Origin: Octopus vulgaris
Lineage: Eukaryota
Length of the DNA: 64,000 nt
Assembly: GCA_951406725.2 (NCBI GenBank)
Contig: OX597831.1
Location: 40,486,001 to 40,550,000 of the forward strand
Reading direction: 5' to 3'
Both the position numbers and the translations under genes were made by a program. Shown here piece after piece: positions 26,488 to 42,300 of the stretch (positions within the stretch are counted from its first letter, which is position 1; every line of letters starts with the position of its first letter). The notes beneath the pieces were generated by a model. That model did not search any database. It was not told where the DNA came from and saw only the letters and a program-made list of their open reading frames with translations.

Positions 26488-26875
26488 GTCGCACATTTTC
26501 CTATCCACGGAGAGAATGATAAATTGCAACTGTTTATAATATATAGAAACTTCGATATACTCTAAGTTGAATAACATTGCAATCGTTGGTAACATTTTCG
26601 GAAATTTTTAGATCCCTCGTCTTTCACAAGAGTAAGACAAGTATACATTTTCACTTTCTGTTTTTTTTTTTAAAAAATCTAACAAAGCCTTAATCAGAAT
26701 ACACAGAATGAGTACAAGCATTCTGGGGTCACCTTCGAAGTAAAGCGACTAACTCATCGAGCTCGGGCCATTAGATATGCATGTGGAAGCAAATTAGCAA
26801 GACCAGATCTTCCGAGGTACGAACCTTCACGCTTAATTCCACGCCTACTATGAAGCGTATGCATCTCCAAGTCTG
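26488..26875 (+). repeat. Local ~390-bp duplication (second copy 29097-29495)
   Basis: Colinear, moderately diverged unique sequence. Confidence 0.85.
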
Positions 26876-27832
26876 ATCAGTTACATTTGAAATTAAGGAA
26901 TAAGGAAAAGGATCCATTGAATACGCGTATTAATTTTGTTGTTGTTGCATATTATGAAATCATTAAAATCGCTAGTAACCCTGTATAACACTATTTCATT
27001 CTCTATAGAAGTCATCAGCATGATATAACCTTGGATATATTAATTAAACATTTTATGAAATGAGATATTCCTTCCAGATTAAAAATAATCACGGCCCGGA
27101 AGAAGTTCATGGAATGTGTGTTTTCTTCTTTATTTCTTCTTCTTCTTCTTCTTCTTCTTCTTCTTCTTCTTCTTCTTCTTCTTCTTCTTCTTCTTCTTCT
27201 TCTTCTTCTTCTTCTTCTTCTTCTACGTCTTCGTAGAGCATTTGGAAACTTGCAGTAAAAAGTAGGTAGTGTGGTTATAAATGGCAAAGAATGAACATGG
27301 GATTGCACCTAGAAAGTTACTCTTCGAGACACAACACCGGGTAAAGTTGTTTAGGGAAGACCAACAGTCTCCCATGCATACCAACCTCCCATCTCCACGC
27401 CACCGATATTATCTAAGGCTGATACATCTTGACATCAGTGACGTCACAACTCATTTCTACAGCTGAATGAACTGGAGCAACGTGAAACAATGTGTCTTGC
27501 TCAAGAACACAACACACAGCCCGGTCCGGGAATCGAACTTACAACTTCGTGATTGTGAGCCCGACGTTCTAACCACTGAGCCATGCGCCTTCACTGTAGT
27601 TATACAACACGGATTTCTCTTTGTGATAAGAGAAATGGACCTCGACTTGTCTAGTCATGGCCGGATATTTTACTGCTTCATCAGAGACCAGTTACTCATT
27701 TATATAACGACGAAGACAACAGCAACTTATTGCTATTTATAGTAGACACAAACTCGAATAAAACTAAACTGGTTTGAGTGACTCGAATAAAAAAATTAGA
27801 AACGAGGTATTAATAAATATATAAATCGTTTA

Positions 27833-28318
27833 CAGTGATCCCTCGCTACTTCACGACTTCGCGGATTTTTAGAATATATATATATATATATATATAAATG
27901 AACGCCTAAAATGTTTCATTAAATCCCTTAAAATATTAATAATAAATATTATTTCCTAGTCTAGGAACAACAAAACAAGCGTAAAATAGCAAAAAAGCAT
28001 ATACAGGGGTATTTGAACTTAAGATGGGCTGTGACTGGTGCAATAGAGATAGACGACGAATCACAGCTTTCTATTTTGCAATCTGGCCTGTGTAATAGTA
28101 ACAATCTCATTTTTTAAATCTAAAGTGTTATTGTTTAATAGTTGTCCTTGTTATTAATAGATTACTGTAATGGGCGGGTTGTTAACAGTACAGGGAGGGT
28201 TTTAAAAGTCCAAATACACGTTAAATAAATACTGTAAATATGGTGTCCCTGCTTCGCGGAAATTCAGTTTCGCGGCCGGTCTCGGAACCATTGTACCCCG
28301 ATAAACTAGGGATCACTG
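27833..28318. mobile_element. pogo/Tigger-like MITE
   Basis: TIRs cagtgatccct / agggatcactg with flanking TA duplication; non-coding interior. Confidence 0.8.
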
Positions 28319-28342
28319 TATTCATTAATAGAATTACTATGT

Positions 28343-28398
28343 AGCGTCTTTTGATGAGGATGTAACGAAGACATCGAAATTTAATAAACAAATACGCT
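28343..28398 (+). ncRNA. Possible degenerate hammerhead
   Basis: AGCGUcuu-UUGAUGA-g-GAUGU aacgaag ACAUC-GAA AUU u AAU A^aacaaau ACGCU. Confidence 0.35.
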
Positions 28399-29560
28399 TG
28401 GAAATAAGCATGAAGTTAGACACTTTCTAATCACGAACTGCGGACAACAACTCTGTACACATGTTTTCTATCTTGAATTCGTGCTTATAAAATGTATAGT
28501 TAAATTTAATGCTTCTTTATAATCGAAAACTCTGAACTGTTTACTTTTAATGTATACTGCTACTAATATTTGTTTGCTTGAAATAGTTTCAATCATAATA
28601 AAATGGCGAATTTCATGATGAAAACAGTATTAAATGGTAAATAGAAATAATCAAATGAGATAAATCACGAACGTACCCTTCTATAACGTAAAGGTTAGTA
28701 GCTATGATACATCGAAAATTCTCGGGTGAGAGGCGAAATAAATGAAATTTTCAGAAAATCAAAGAAACATATTTTAAGCTTCACTGAAAAAAAAAAAATA
28801 GTTGGCACTATTTATGCACAGTATCTACGTTTTGCAGAGAGGCTAAAAATGCAAAACTTTATCTCTTCCTTAAACATAAAAAGAACACTGCTGTATACTT
28901 GTATGCTACATTTATTACGAAATCGATACACGTTACCAAGACTTGAACTGTTATGCAAATTAGGGCAGACCAATTCAGTTCTATCAAAATTGTGTATATT
29001 ATAAAAAGCATATTTTCTCTTTTGACGAGAAAAAAAAAAAGGAAATCGACTAGATTAGTTTCAGCGGTTTTTAAAGTTTCATCCGAGATTGATTACATAT
29101 TTTCCTGTCCACGAAGAGCATGACAAATTACAGCTGTTTGTAATATATAGAAACTTCGATAGAGCTAAATGACCCTACTCTAGGTTGAATAACATTGCAA
29201 TCGTTGGTAACATTTTAGGAGAGTTTTATATCCCTTATTTTTCACGGGGGTAAGGCAAGTATCCCTTCTCGCTTTCTGTTTGTTTTTTTTTTATATATTT
29301 AACAAAGCCTTAATCAGAATACACAGTATGATTACAAGCAGTTTGGGGGTCACCTTCGAAGCAAAGCCACTGACTCAACGGACACGGATCATTAGATATA
29401 GATGTGGAAGCAAATTAGCAAGACCAGATCTTTCGAGGTACGACCCCTCACGTTTAATTCCACGCCTACTATGAAGCGTACGCATCTCCAAATCTGCCAC
29501 GAGCGGGATGCGCAATCAATGTGCCGTTTCGGAAGGGTCTGGATCTCATGATACGTATTA

Positions 29561-30003
29561 CAAGGAAAGTTCATTAAATATTTCCCCTGACCCACTTCCC
29601 AAGGTCTGAGTTAAATGAAACTTGGCATAATTATTAGTCCTTCTCTGCATGGCCACCACCAAATGGTGACACACTTCTCCCATCGCTTTATGCAGCTATA
29701 AAGACCTCATCTGTAGAAGTCGGTAGGATGCGTCTGGAGCCAAACTTTACCTCGGAAATAAGTTCATCATCATCCGAAAAGTGTTTCCTCTTCAAAAAAG
29801 ATTTCATGGTTGGAAAGAGATGGAAGTCCATTATAACACTTTAGTCCACTTCAGTAGTCGTAAAAGACAAACGAACACTTGTGGAAAGCTACAATTTACA
29901 ACGTACCATGTAGCGACAGGTATGATTATACCTGTACAAGTTGCGTTTCCTACAATAACCGGAAGTGGCTCAGGGAAAAAAAAACTTGAATGAACACTCC
30001 TCG
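29561..30003 (-). mobile_element. Internally deleted mariner-like DNA transposon
   Basis: Imperfect TIRs (caaggaaagttcattaaata..ccctgacccacttcc / ggaagtggctcaggg..aacttgaatgaacactcctcg) with TA at both ends. The minus strand encodes decayed FY..G...IKRWEKCV, like a mariner transposase C-terminus. Confidence 0.75.
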
Positions 30004-30139
30004 TATCTTCATGGTCTCGGAGGGTATGTTGATGGTGCTGGACGTAACCAGCAGCAGATGGTCATATCTTCAGACTAGTAGCTGCTCCTTTGAAATTTAT
30101 TCTTAAATCGTACTTGTGGAAAATTACGTGGCTGTTAAA

Positions 30140-30257
30140 TCACCGTCGTCGTCGTCGCCTTCCTCCTCCCCCTCCTCCTCTTCCTCCTCCTCCTCCTCCT
30201 CCTCATCATCATCATCATCGTTGTCGTCGTCGTCGTCGTCGTCATCATCGTCATCAC

Positions 30258-30318
<61 letters not shown>

Positions 30319-30502
30319 GTCATCATCATCGTCATCATCATCATCGTCATCATCATCGTCATCATCATCGTCATCATCATCGTCATCATCATCGTCATCA
30401 TCGTCATCATCGTCATCATCGTCATCATCGTCATCAACATCATCGTCATCATCATCGTCGTCATCATCGTCATCATCATTGTCGTCATCATCAACATCAT
30501 CA

Positions 30503-30533
<31 letters not shown>

Positions 30534-30582
30534 GTCGTCGTCATCATCGTCATCATCATCACCATCATCATCATCGTCATCG

Positions 30583-30653
<71 letters not shown>

Positions 30654-30675
30654 GTCATCATCGTCATCGTCGTTC
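30140..30675. repeat. (CAT/CGT/CCT)n compound microsatellite
   Basis: Seen directly. Confidence 0.95.
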
Positions 30676-31140
30676 TGACTTCTTCACATAAAAATTTCAT
30701 TTACCCTGGTGATCAAAATGTTCCTCATTCTTTCTGATCATAGTTTCTTTGTCGTTGCTATTGATGATGGCATTTATATTGGTACGGTTGCTTTGGTTGT
30801 TGTTGTTGTTGTTGTTATTGTTGTTGTTGATGTTGTTGTTCTTGTTCTTCTTCTTGCTCTTATTGTTGTTGTTGTTCTTCTTCTTCTTCTTTGATGTTGT
30901 TGCTGATGATGATGATGTCCATGTCGCTGTAATTGTTTTTGCTGCTGCTGCTGTTGTTTTTACTGTCTGTTTTATCCTTTTACTTGTTTCACTCATTCGA
31001 CTACGGCCATGCTGGAGTACCACCTTGAAGAATTTTAGGCAGACAAGACGATCCAACATTAATTTGTTTCTATGTCTGGAGTCGATACAATCAATTTAAC
31101 CCTACACCCGAAATTGCTAGCCTTGTGCTAAAATTTTAAA

Positions 31141-31283
<143 letters not shown>

Positions 31284-31770
31284 AATCATCATTATTCTAT
31301 CAATCTATTTCTTCCGAACCGCTAAGTTATGGGGACGTAAACATACCAGCACCGGTTGTAAAGCGGAGAAGAAAGAGAGACACACACACATACACACATA
31401 AAACGGGCTTCTTTCAGTTTCTGTTTATCAAATCCATCCGCAAGGTCGGCTTTAAGTTATAGTAAGAAGACGTTTGTCAAACGTACCACGTAGTCGAATT
31501 GAAAGCGGAACCAGGTTGTTGGGAAGAAAACTTCTCAACACACTATTATTAAAGTTGTTATTAAGGCGGCAAGCTGGCCGAATCGTTAAGCACGCCGGAC
31601 AAAATGTTTTCTAGCATCTCGTCCGAGTTTTACTTTTATTCCTTTATTTCTTTTTATTTCACCCTAGCAATTCGATGTCGATGAAGCATGTACCAGTTGA
31701 ATACTGGGGTCGATACAATCAATTTAACCGCACACCCGAAATCGCTGGCCTTGTGCTAAAATTTTAAACA

Positions 31771-31828
<58 letters not shown>

Positions 31829-31864
31829 ATTATTAATTATTATTATTATTATTTATTATTATTA

Positions 31865-31933
<69 letters not shown>

Positions 31934-32468
31934 GAGTGAGAAAGCAGCACATGCCATCAAAGTGGCACTGGGGTGCAAATATACGAAGTCCAGTAACCCA
32001 TCATGCCTACCTGCCTGATAAGGGTATACCGAGCACATGCATCACAATGATATGTGCGTGACATGTTGATCTCATATGAAGATAAACAGCACATGATCTT
32101 GCGGCGGTGGGTAGCGGAGTTCGAATTTTCTTCAGGTTGAGTAGCCCATTCCGCTCAAATGTTCCTTGAATAAGGGTTGTTTAAGGATATTGAACGAAAC
32201 ACTCGTTTCCAGCAGTGAGTTATTCAAACACCAGAGAATTCCTCTGAACACATGGCTATGGTGCTCCCCTATTACTTCTGGTCGTGATCAGAGATGCACA
32301 TATCGTCGGGCACTAAGAGACACGTTCAACTGGTTAAGGTCAAACAACTGACAAGAAAATCTGTAGTCCATCTTTTATTCCGAGACAAAACATGCACATG
32401 ATAACACTTCCAATCATTTCAGATCAGAAGCCATGAGAGCCAGTACCTGGTTCTGCATCAGGGCATTT
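31934..32468 (-). mobile_element. Family D copy
   Basis: Reverse complement of family D, adjacent to (TTA)n. Confidence 0.8.
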
Positions 32469-32552
32469 ATCATCATCATCATCATCATCATCACCATCAC
32501 CATCACTATCACTATCTCCATCATCACCACTACTAATACTACTACAACTACA

Positions 32553-32603
<51 letters not shown>

Positions 32604-32607
32604 GGTG

Positions 32608-32940
32608 GTGACCCCCTTCGGTCAGACACTGACCATGGGTTTGCACTTAGAGAGTTACCCTCCGAGGCACAAGTCTGGGCAAGGTTGTTTTTTATGGAAG
32701 ACCAGCAGTCGCCCATGCATACCGGCCTCCCTTCTCCACGTCACTGATGTTGTCCAAGGGAAAGGCAAAGGGACCGATACAGCTTGGCACCAGTGACGTC
32801 GCAACTCATTTCTACAACTGGAGCAACATGAAATAAAGTGTCTTGCTCAAGAACACAACACGCAGCCCGGTCCGGGATTCGAGCTCACAACCTCACGATC
32901 GTAAGCTCGACGCTCTAACCACTGAGCCACGCGCCTTCAC
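32608..32940 (-). mobile_element. SINE S2
   Basis: Colinear with 21930-22278. Confidence 0.85.
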
Positions 32941-32984
32941 TACTTCTACTACTACTATTATTATTATTATCATTATTATTTTAG

Positions 32985-33778
<794 letters not shown>

Positions 33779-34257
33779 TATCATCATTATTATTATTATT
33801 ATTTTCATCATCATTATTAACATCATTATTGTTATTATTATTATTATTATTATTAACATTATTATTGTTATTATTATTATAATTATTAGTATTATTATCA
33901 TTATTATTATTATTATTGTTTTCTTCCTGGCTTTTATTGCTTCTGCACATATTGTTTTTCTTGTTGTTGCTTTTGTTGTTGCTACTGTTGTTCTTTTTTT
34001 GTTGTTGCTCTTTTGTTGTTGTTGTTGTTGCTGGTTTTTGCCTTTGCTTCTTTTGCAGTAATTGTTTTTTGCTGATATTGCACTCGTTATGGTTGTGTGT
34101 GTGTGTTTGTGTTTTTTTTTTCTCGCTGTTCTTCTTCTTAACATTGTCGTCGCTTTTCTTGTAGTTCATGATTTGCCTTTACTGTATTCGTTTTTACTGT
34201 TGCTGCAACTTTTACACCAACAGTAGCAGCAGCAACAGCAACAACAAAAATAGTAGC

Positions 34258-34328
<71 letters not shown>

Positions 34329-34469
34329 CTGGTGGTCCTGTTGTTGCCAACACATTTCAAAGGAGAGGAACCTGTGTTCGTAATAACTAACACCTCATTG
34401 TTCAAATACTTTAATGACTCTAATGATTTCCTTTGACAACATATGCAAGTTGTTTCATAGGCATACACA

Positions 34470-34513
<44 letters not shown>

Positions 34514-34816
34514 TAAACAGACATAGATACATACATACAGATATACACACATATATATGTGTGTGCGTATGTATATAAATATATACATACATATATATAT
34601 GTACATATGTTCATATATATATACACACATTCATACACAAACACACACATTTATATGTATAACTATGTATATATATATATATATATGTATATATATGTAT
34701 ATATATGCACACATACATACCTTGGTAGATGCAAATATATATAAATATGTATGTATATATATATACATATATATATATGCATGCACCAAGGTATGTATGT
34801 GTGCATATATATAAAC

Positions 34817-34866
<50 letters not shown>

Positions 34867-34891
34867 GCACACGTACATACCTTGATACATG

Positions 34892-34959
<68 letters not shown>

Positions 34960-35537
34960 GTATACATACATAGATACAAGCATGAGTATACCAATACATG
35001 CATGCACACATGCTTACATACATACACGCATACATGTGTACATAACTATATGCATATATATATACATACACACACTTATATACACACAGTCATACATTCA
35101 TATATATATATATACACGCCTACTTATACATACACATGTACGCACGTACATACATACATACGTGCATACATACATACATACATACATACATACATACATA
35201 CATACATACATACATACATACATACATACATACATACATACATACATACATACGTACATACATACATACATACATACAATTTTGTCCAACGACTTCTGTT
35301 GATACTTTATTTTATGACTGTATCTCTCGGCAACCGTTCCAATTCAACTGTTTTTACTAAATTATTATTATTATTGATATTATTATTATTACTATTATTT
35401 TTATTGTTGTTGTTGGTTTTATGGACATCGTTACCACCATCAACACCAACATCATTTCAGGAATTACCTGCATCTTACAAAACAGCCATAAAAGTGTATT
35501 TAACAAACTGCCTTCAATTTAGTAATATTGTATATGT

Positions 35538-35676
35538 TTAACAAAACCTGTTTAAGTTTAACAAACATTGTTCAAGGTTAACATATATTGTGTGAAGTTT
35601 ACAAAAATTTTCAAGGTTAACAAAATGTGTTCAAGGTTAACCAAAATCGCTCAAGGTTAACAGATTGTTCAGGGTG
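35538..35676. repeat. Degenerate ~20-bp minisatellite
   Basis: About 7 units like aacaaa..tgttcaaggtt. Confidence 0.7.
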
Positions 35677-35889
35677 ACGAAAGATACTCTCAAAGTCAGC
35701 AGCGTGAGCTTCGCCGAAATTACTCAAAATAGTTGTCAGTAGCGTTAAGTTATTGGCTGATGTCTTACGACAACTGCTTATGCAGTTCAGAATGCAAATA
35801 TCCTGAACAAATTCCTGCAATACATCTTGTTGAACGTTCTTGTGTACTGTTTAGTTATCCCATCTATATCTATTTCATACCCAGAAGGT

Positions 35890-36470
35890 AAGGCTATTTG
35901 TGAAGTGCTCATGAACGCTACTGGTAATATGGGATCCGGTACAACCTGTTGCATAGTCGGGTGGTCTGCGACTAAAACAGCGCCTTCACTAGGCTTGCCT
36001 GGTGAGGAGGATTGGCAAAACTCCAGCAAAATTAGAAACAGGACATGTCAAAAGGACAGACGAACCTAGTGCAAGTCCAACTACTATCTAGCAACAACAT
36101 GGGCCCTTACAAGTTCCAGATTGGTGTTCGGCGTGCTGGAAGACCTCTGCGAGTGAGGCACCTCTTAGTTACTGTTAAAGCATGTCTCTAGAACCCGCTT
36201 CAAGCCCTGGCTCTGTGTTGTCCGATAATCGTCGGCGACTTGGTCAGCGAATCCTCCGTGACGGTCCACAATCGACGGTGAGATAAGCTGTTACGGATCA
36301 CATTATCCCAAAGTGTGTATGCATGTGACTGGGGACTACATATGAACTTGTATTCCCACTAAAACTCTGGAAATGAACTCTACACTTCAACAGAGAATGA
36401 CGGCTAGGGCTATCACATCCGCGCTATCTGGATGTGGCTAGTATTCGTGAAGGACGTGATGAACTCGCTG
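35890..36470 (+). mobile_element. Unclassified retroposon-like island ending in (GTA)n
   Basis: Shares the structured 5' motif with 6201-6292 and has a microsatellite tail. Confidence 0.45.
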
Positions 36471-36543
<73 letters not shown>

Positions 36544-37274
36544 CGGTGCTGCAGACGAAATACCTATTTCTTTACTACCCACAAGGAGCTAAACACAGAC
36601 GAGACAAACAAGGACAGGCAGACGGATTAAGTCGATCATATCGACCCCAGTGCGTAACTGGTACTTACTTAATCGACCCCGAAAGGATGAAAGACAAAGT
36701 TGACCTCGGCGGAATTTGAAGTCAGAACGTAGCAGCAGACGAAATACCTATTTCTTTACTACCCACAAGGGGCTAAACACAGACGAGACAAACAAGGACA
36801 GGCAGACGGATTAAGTCGGTTATATCGACCCCAGTGCGTAACTGCCACTTAATTTATTGATCCCGAAAGGATGAAAGGCAAAGTCGACCTCGGCGTAATT
36901 TGAACTCAGAACGTAGCGGCAGACGAAATACCACTAAGCATTTCGCCCGGCGTGCTAACGTTTCTGCCAACATTACCACTATCCACCACCATCACCACCA
37001 TCAACACCAATAGCTCCACTAACACCAACACCTTTGCAGTGCTAGACCACCAACACCAGCACCACCGCTACCGCTCTTTCACACACGATAAAAAAAAAAA
37101 AATTCCAGAAATGTATACAATATACTTCTTATTTCAAATTTTGGTATTTATATTCTTTCTTTACTTCTGTTTCTTTTTTGCAATTTTCTTTACGCTAAAT
37201 GTTCTTTGATAAACAAAAAAAAAATTTTTTAAATAAACATATAAAATTTAAAAAAAAACCCAACTAAAATCTAA

Positions 37275-37309
<35 letters not shown>

Positions 37310-37537
37310 GACTCAGCACCCATGAAATTAGATTCAGGTTTGCAGCCAATTCTGTAGATTCTGTTTTTAGAGTGGTACCACTATTAACCAAAAAAAAAAA
37401 AATAATGATAACCGCAGAAGAATCAATATGTTATACATCATCTTTACCAAATTTATTAATTCTTTCTTGCTTCATTCTTCGATTCTAAGCACGTATGTAT
37501 ATATATATGTGCATGTCTTTTGTATATGAACACACAC

Positions 37538-37588
<51 letters not shown>

Positions 37589-37834
37589 CACATATATATA
37601 TACGTGTGTGTGTCTGTGGGTCTGTGTGTGTGTGCGTGTATACACACATATATAAATATATATATGTATATCTGTGTGTATATATGTGAGGGTTTGTGTG
37701 TGTGTAGAGAGAGAGTGAGAGAGAGAGAAATGGATATTGTGTGTGTATGTGAACAGCGGTTGAGAAGTCATATACTCACAGACATGCATACAAACACACG
37801 TCGTCAAACACCTATTACTTTATATATATATATG

Positions 37835-37886
<52 letters not shown>

Positions 37887-38044
37887 CATGCATGCATACA
37901 TGTATGTATGGATATAAGGATGTGTATGTATGTGTGTATATGTGCGTGTGCGTGTGTGTAAATATAGGTATGTAGGAATGTAGGTTAGTATTTTAGAAAT
38001 GTCACACACACATATATGTATATATATATGTATGTATATATATA

Positions 38045-38085
<41 letters not shown>

Positions 38086-38201
38086 ACCTAAGTATATATG
38101 CATATATGTATGTATCAAAATCAGATTTCCCATCACAAGAGTTTTATTAAATGAAATTATTGCACACATGTATACATTGATGTATATGTGTGTGCGCGCG
38201 T

Positions 38202-38298
<97 letters not shown>

Positions 38299-38320
38299 AA
38301 CACATATACACACATACAAG

Positions 38321-38354
<34 letters not shown>

Positions 38355-39309
38355 CATTGGGAGAAAGTGACGGAAAAAAGCGAGAAAGAGAAAATTTTAA
38401 CATAATCTATGTTTACGGCATTTAGTATATCGCATTTTGATTTACTTATCAAAGTTCACGTTGCTGCTCGATTTGTGTTTTTCTCCTTGGCCCATCTTAT
38501 TTTTAATTAGGTAAATTATTCTGGCTAAAAGTATGAACTCCATATCTATATGTAAATATCTACCCACTGATCCGAAACCTATGACTGTATTACGTTGATG
38601 AAGTGATGTTGACCAAAACGTATGTACACATACACGCCGAGTTCAGTCTCCATTTTTATCACTTATCCATTTTATATACCCCTTTTATCTTTTACATGTA
38701 GTGCCCTCTAGATTTGACTGTTGACACAAAGGAGATAATCATCCTCTCACAACACAAACTGAGATTCTATATTTCAATTCAAAAAGTAGGGACGCGAGGA
38801 AGAAAATGTATAAAGTTCACATATATAATTGTTTTCTATTACAAAGTTCACAACTTCTAGTTGGTGGCAATATCATCTATAGCGTTGTTTCATTCGTTTT
38901 AGAAATCTCCAACATGACGTAGCCTGTAAATTATTAATAAGATATATTACGAAGACACACATTTTATCTTTATCTCTTCACTTCTCGATTCTTCTTCTGT
39001 ATCGTTCCTTTCACTCTCTTTTCTCAACTTTCTTTGTTACTTATTCCTATCTTTGTTTCCTCCTCGGTTCGCAATCTACCTACTGTTTTCCTTTCCGTTT
39101 CTCAATCCCCAAAAATGGCTGATTTACATTATTTACATTATTTACATTTGACGGATATTTGTCCTCCTCTTGTCTGTTGTTAACACAACGTTTCGGCTGA
39201 TATACCTTCAAGCCTTCATCAGGTGTCTTGGGAAAATTTCGAACCAGGGTTCTCATTCCTCAGGTATTTTTCGATGTTGTTATTATTATTGTTATTATTA
39301 TTATTATTA

Positions 39310-42300
39310 TTGTTATTACTTTTTTTTTCTTCTTTCAAATTTTCTTCCATTTCTTGCCGAGTGTCTTCCCGACTCCTAGGGCAAAGAAACTCATAGTGTA
39401 TATTGGTAGGCCATTAAAGCAAACTCAGTAGTTCGTTCATTTTTTTTTTTTTTTTTTTTTAAAGTTAAATTAAAATACATGAGCAGCAACAGTTCTCACA
39501 TCGACAATGCTCTTCTCAATACGTGTGATGTACCAGTTAAGACAATCTTTTGCACTTCTTGCAGGGATGGTAAGCCAGGGATCATTCTCATATAATTTTC
39601 GGTTCCCTTCTTGATCATTCCTAGTGCTCCTACGATCACTGGTATTGTAACCGCCTTGAGATGCCACATTTTCTCAATTTCAATGAGTAGGTCTTTATAT
39701 TTTCTGAGCTTGTCAAACTCTTTCGCTGAGATATTATGATCACAGGGGATGCTCATGTCGATCAATAAGCAAACTTTATTGTTTTGGTCTTTCACAACAA
39801 TATCTGGTTTATTGGCCTTGATGGTTCGGTCTGTATGTACTGGAAAGTCCCACAGAATGGTTACATTTTCTCCTTCAGTTACAGCCTCAGGGTGGTGATT
39901 ATACCACTTGTCGGCAGTTTTGATATTGTAATGCCGACTTATTAGCCAGTGGAGATATTGGCCAACTCTGTCATGTCTTAATTTATACTCCACTGGTGCT
40001 AAGACTTTACATCCAGAGATTAGGTGGTCCACTGTTTCAATCATGTCGTTGCAGAATCGGCATTTTGGGTCTGCTCCATTTTTCATCACATTGGCCTGGT
40101 AGTTCCGGGTTAATAGGCTTTGGTCTTGAGCAGCCAGGATGAAACCTTCGCTCTCTGCTTTTAGCCCTGAGCTCCGCAGCCACTGATGGGTTTGCTTCTG
40201 GTCAACATCAGCTTGTTTGCTGCGGGTCACATATTTGCCGTGCAGAGGTTTCTCCTCCCACCTATCAGCCAATTGCTCGTGCGCTTTTTTCATTGCCATC
40301 ATTTTCACCTTCTTTGCAACAATAGTTGCCGTACTTCCCTCGGGTTGTTCAGTTTGGGTATCCTGCACGAGATCAATAGCAAATTTTTTGCTTTCCTTGA
40401 TGATAGAATGAAGCTTCTTTCGTCTCTCGTGATTTTCCACGAGCTTTAGCATCCAGTCATTCGATATTTCGAGATATTTGGCCAGTCCAATTGTGGTTGT
40501 TTTGTAAGCTAGTTCAAATTGGATCAGGCCTCGACCTCCTTGGGCTCTGGGAAGGTAAAGGCGATCTACGTCTGCCTTTGGGTGGTGCATCCTATTACAA
40601 CTCAGCAGCTTGCGTATTTTTCTATCTATATTCTTTACTTCACTCATATTCCAGTTCAACACATTGTAGCTATAAGTAACAACTGGAACTGCTAAGGAAT
40701 TTATAGCTAACACCTTGTTACGTGCATTTAGTTCAGATTTCAGGACTGCACGAACTCTCCTATAACATTCCTTCCTGATTTTCTCTTTCATGCTTGCATG
40801 CTGAATACCAGAGCCTTCATTTATCCCTAAATATTTGTATGTCTGTTCTTGCTCAAGCTCTCTTATGACTGTGTCAACATCTAACACGACTGAATTTGTG
40901 GTCTTCACTTTCCCTTTCTGGAAAGTGGCCTTGGCACACTTCTCAAGTCCAAACTCCATCCCGATGTCATCGCTGAATGCTTTCACGGTGCGCAATAGGC
41001 CTTCAAGTTCATTATTGTCTTTACCATAAAGTTTTAAGTCATCCATATAAAATAAATGGCTTATTTTTTTATTGGCAATTTTATACCCATACCCTGTTCT
41101 GTTTAATTCACTTGTAAGGGGTATTAGGGCTATGCAGAATATTAAAGGTGAAAGTGAGTCACCTTGAAAAATTCCACAGTTGATGTTTATATTTTCTGAG
41201 GCAAGTACTCCATTAGAGTGGTATAATTGGAGATTCGTATTCCACAACGACATATTGTGCTTCAGGAAGTTTGAAATCACAGGGGAAATTTTAAAGATGT
41301 CCAGCGATCTCAAGATCCATGGATGCGGTATACTGTCGAAGGCCTTTTTATAGTCAATCCATGCGGTGCTGAGATTTCTGCGCTTGTTGTGACAGTTCTC
41401 AAGGATCATACGATTGATTAGCAGTTGATCTTTGCATCCGTAAGAGCCTCGGCGGCACCCTTTTTGTTCAATGGGGAAAATATCGTTCTTCTCCATGAAT
41501 GCATATGTTTTCTCCGCCAGGATAGATGTTAGGATTTTATACGTGGTGGATAGACAGGTTATAGGCCGATAGTTTTTTGGAAGGTTGGTTTCGTTATTCT
41601 TTGGGAGTAGGTAAGTAATGCCACTTGCTAACCATTCAGGTGTTTTCTTTGGGTCTCTCAAAATTCCATTGAGCAGCTGAACTAGCTTGCCGTGTGCGCA
41701 CGGGAGCGATGCGAGCCAGAAATTCGGCACCCTATCTTTACCGGGGGATTTCCAATTATGGGCCTTCGTGAGTGCCTTTCTTAGGTCTGCTATTGTGATG
41801 TCTTCCCATGCTTGTTGTTGTAAATTTTGGTAGGATCCTTCAGTTTGTATAATCCAGTCTGCATTTATGTTGTACGTCTTCTTGTCACTCCAAATCCTTT
41901 CCCAAAAGTTTTGAACTTCTTCCATGGGAGGGGGGTCTTTAACAGTTACTTTCTCCTTCCCTATTTCTCTGTAGAATTTTTTGGCATTGGATGTGAACAG
42001 CTTATTTTGCTTGTAAAACTTGTTTCTCTTCTCAAATCTTCGTATTCTTTGGGCTTTTGCTTGGACTTTTTGTTTCAGCGTTTCTTTTATTGATATCAGT
42101 TCTTCTCTTGGTGAGGATCCAAATTTTCTCTTCATCTTTCTTCCTGTTCTGGATCTTACATCATTTCCACATATTAGTTCATTTAATATTGATATTTCCC
42201 CTCTCATAAATTCAATCTCTTTTTCAATTTTACTTCTCCAGGTTTGATTTCTTCCCAGGTTTTGTTTTCTTTGTTTTTTCGGGGGCATACAGCTGGTTTC

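Noticed and set aside
27640-27785. CTGATGA on the minus strand with a possible stem I
   Set aside because: No matching stem II or GAAA strand was found.
35538-35676. CRISPR-like periodicity
   Set aside because: Degenerate tandem minisatellite without unique spacers, in eukaryotic DNA with no cas genes.
38591-38626. Hammerhead-like relic; similar weak cases at 21460-21500, 21715-21766 and 44452-44480
   Set aside because: Too many core or stem mismatches to distinguish from chance.
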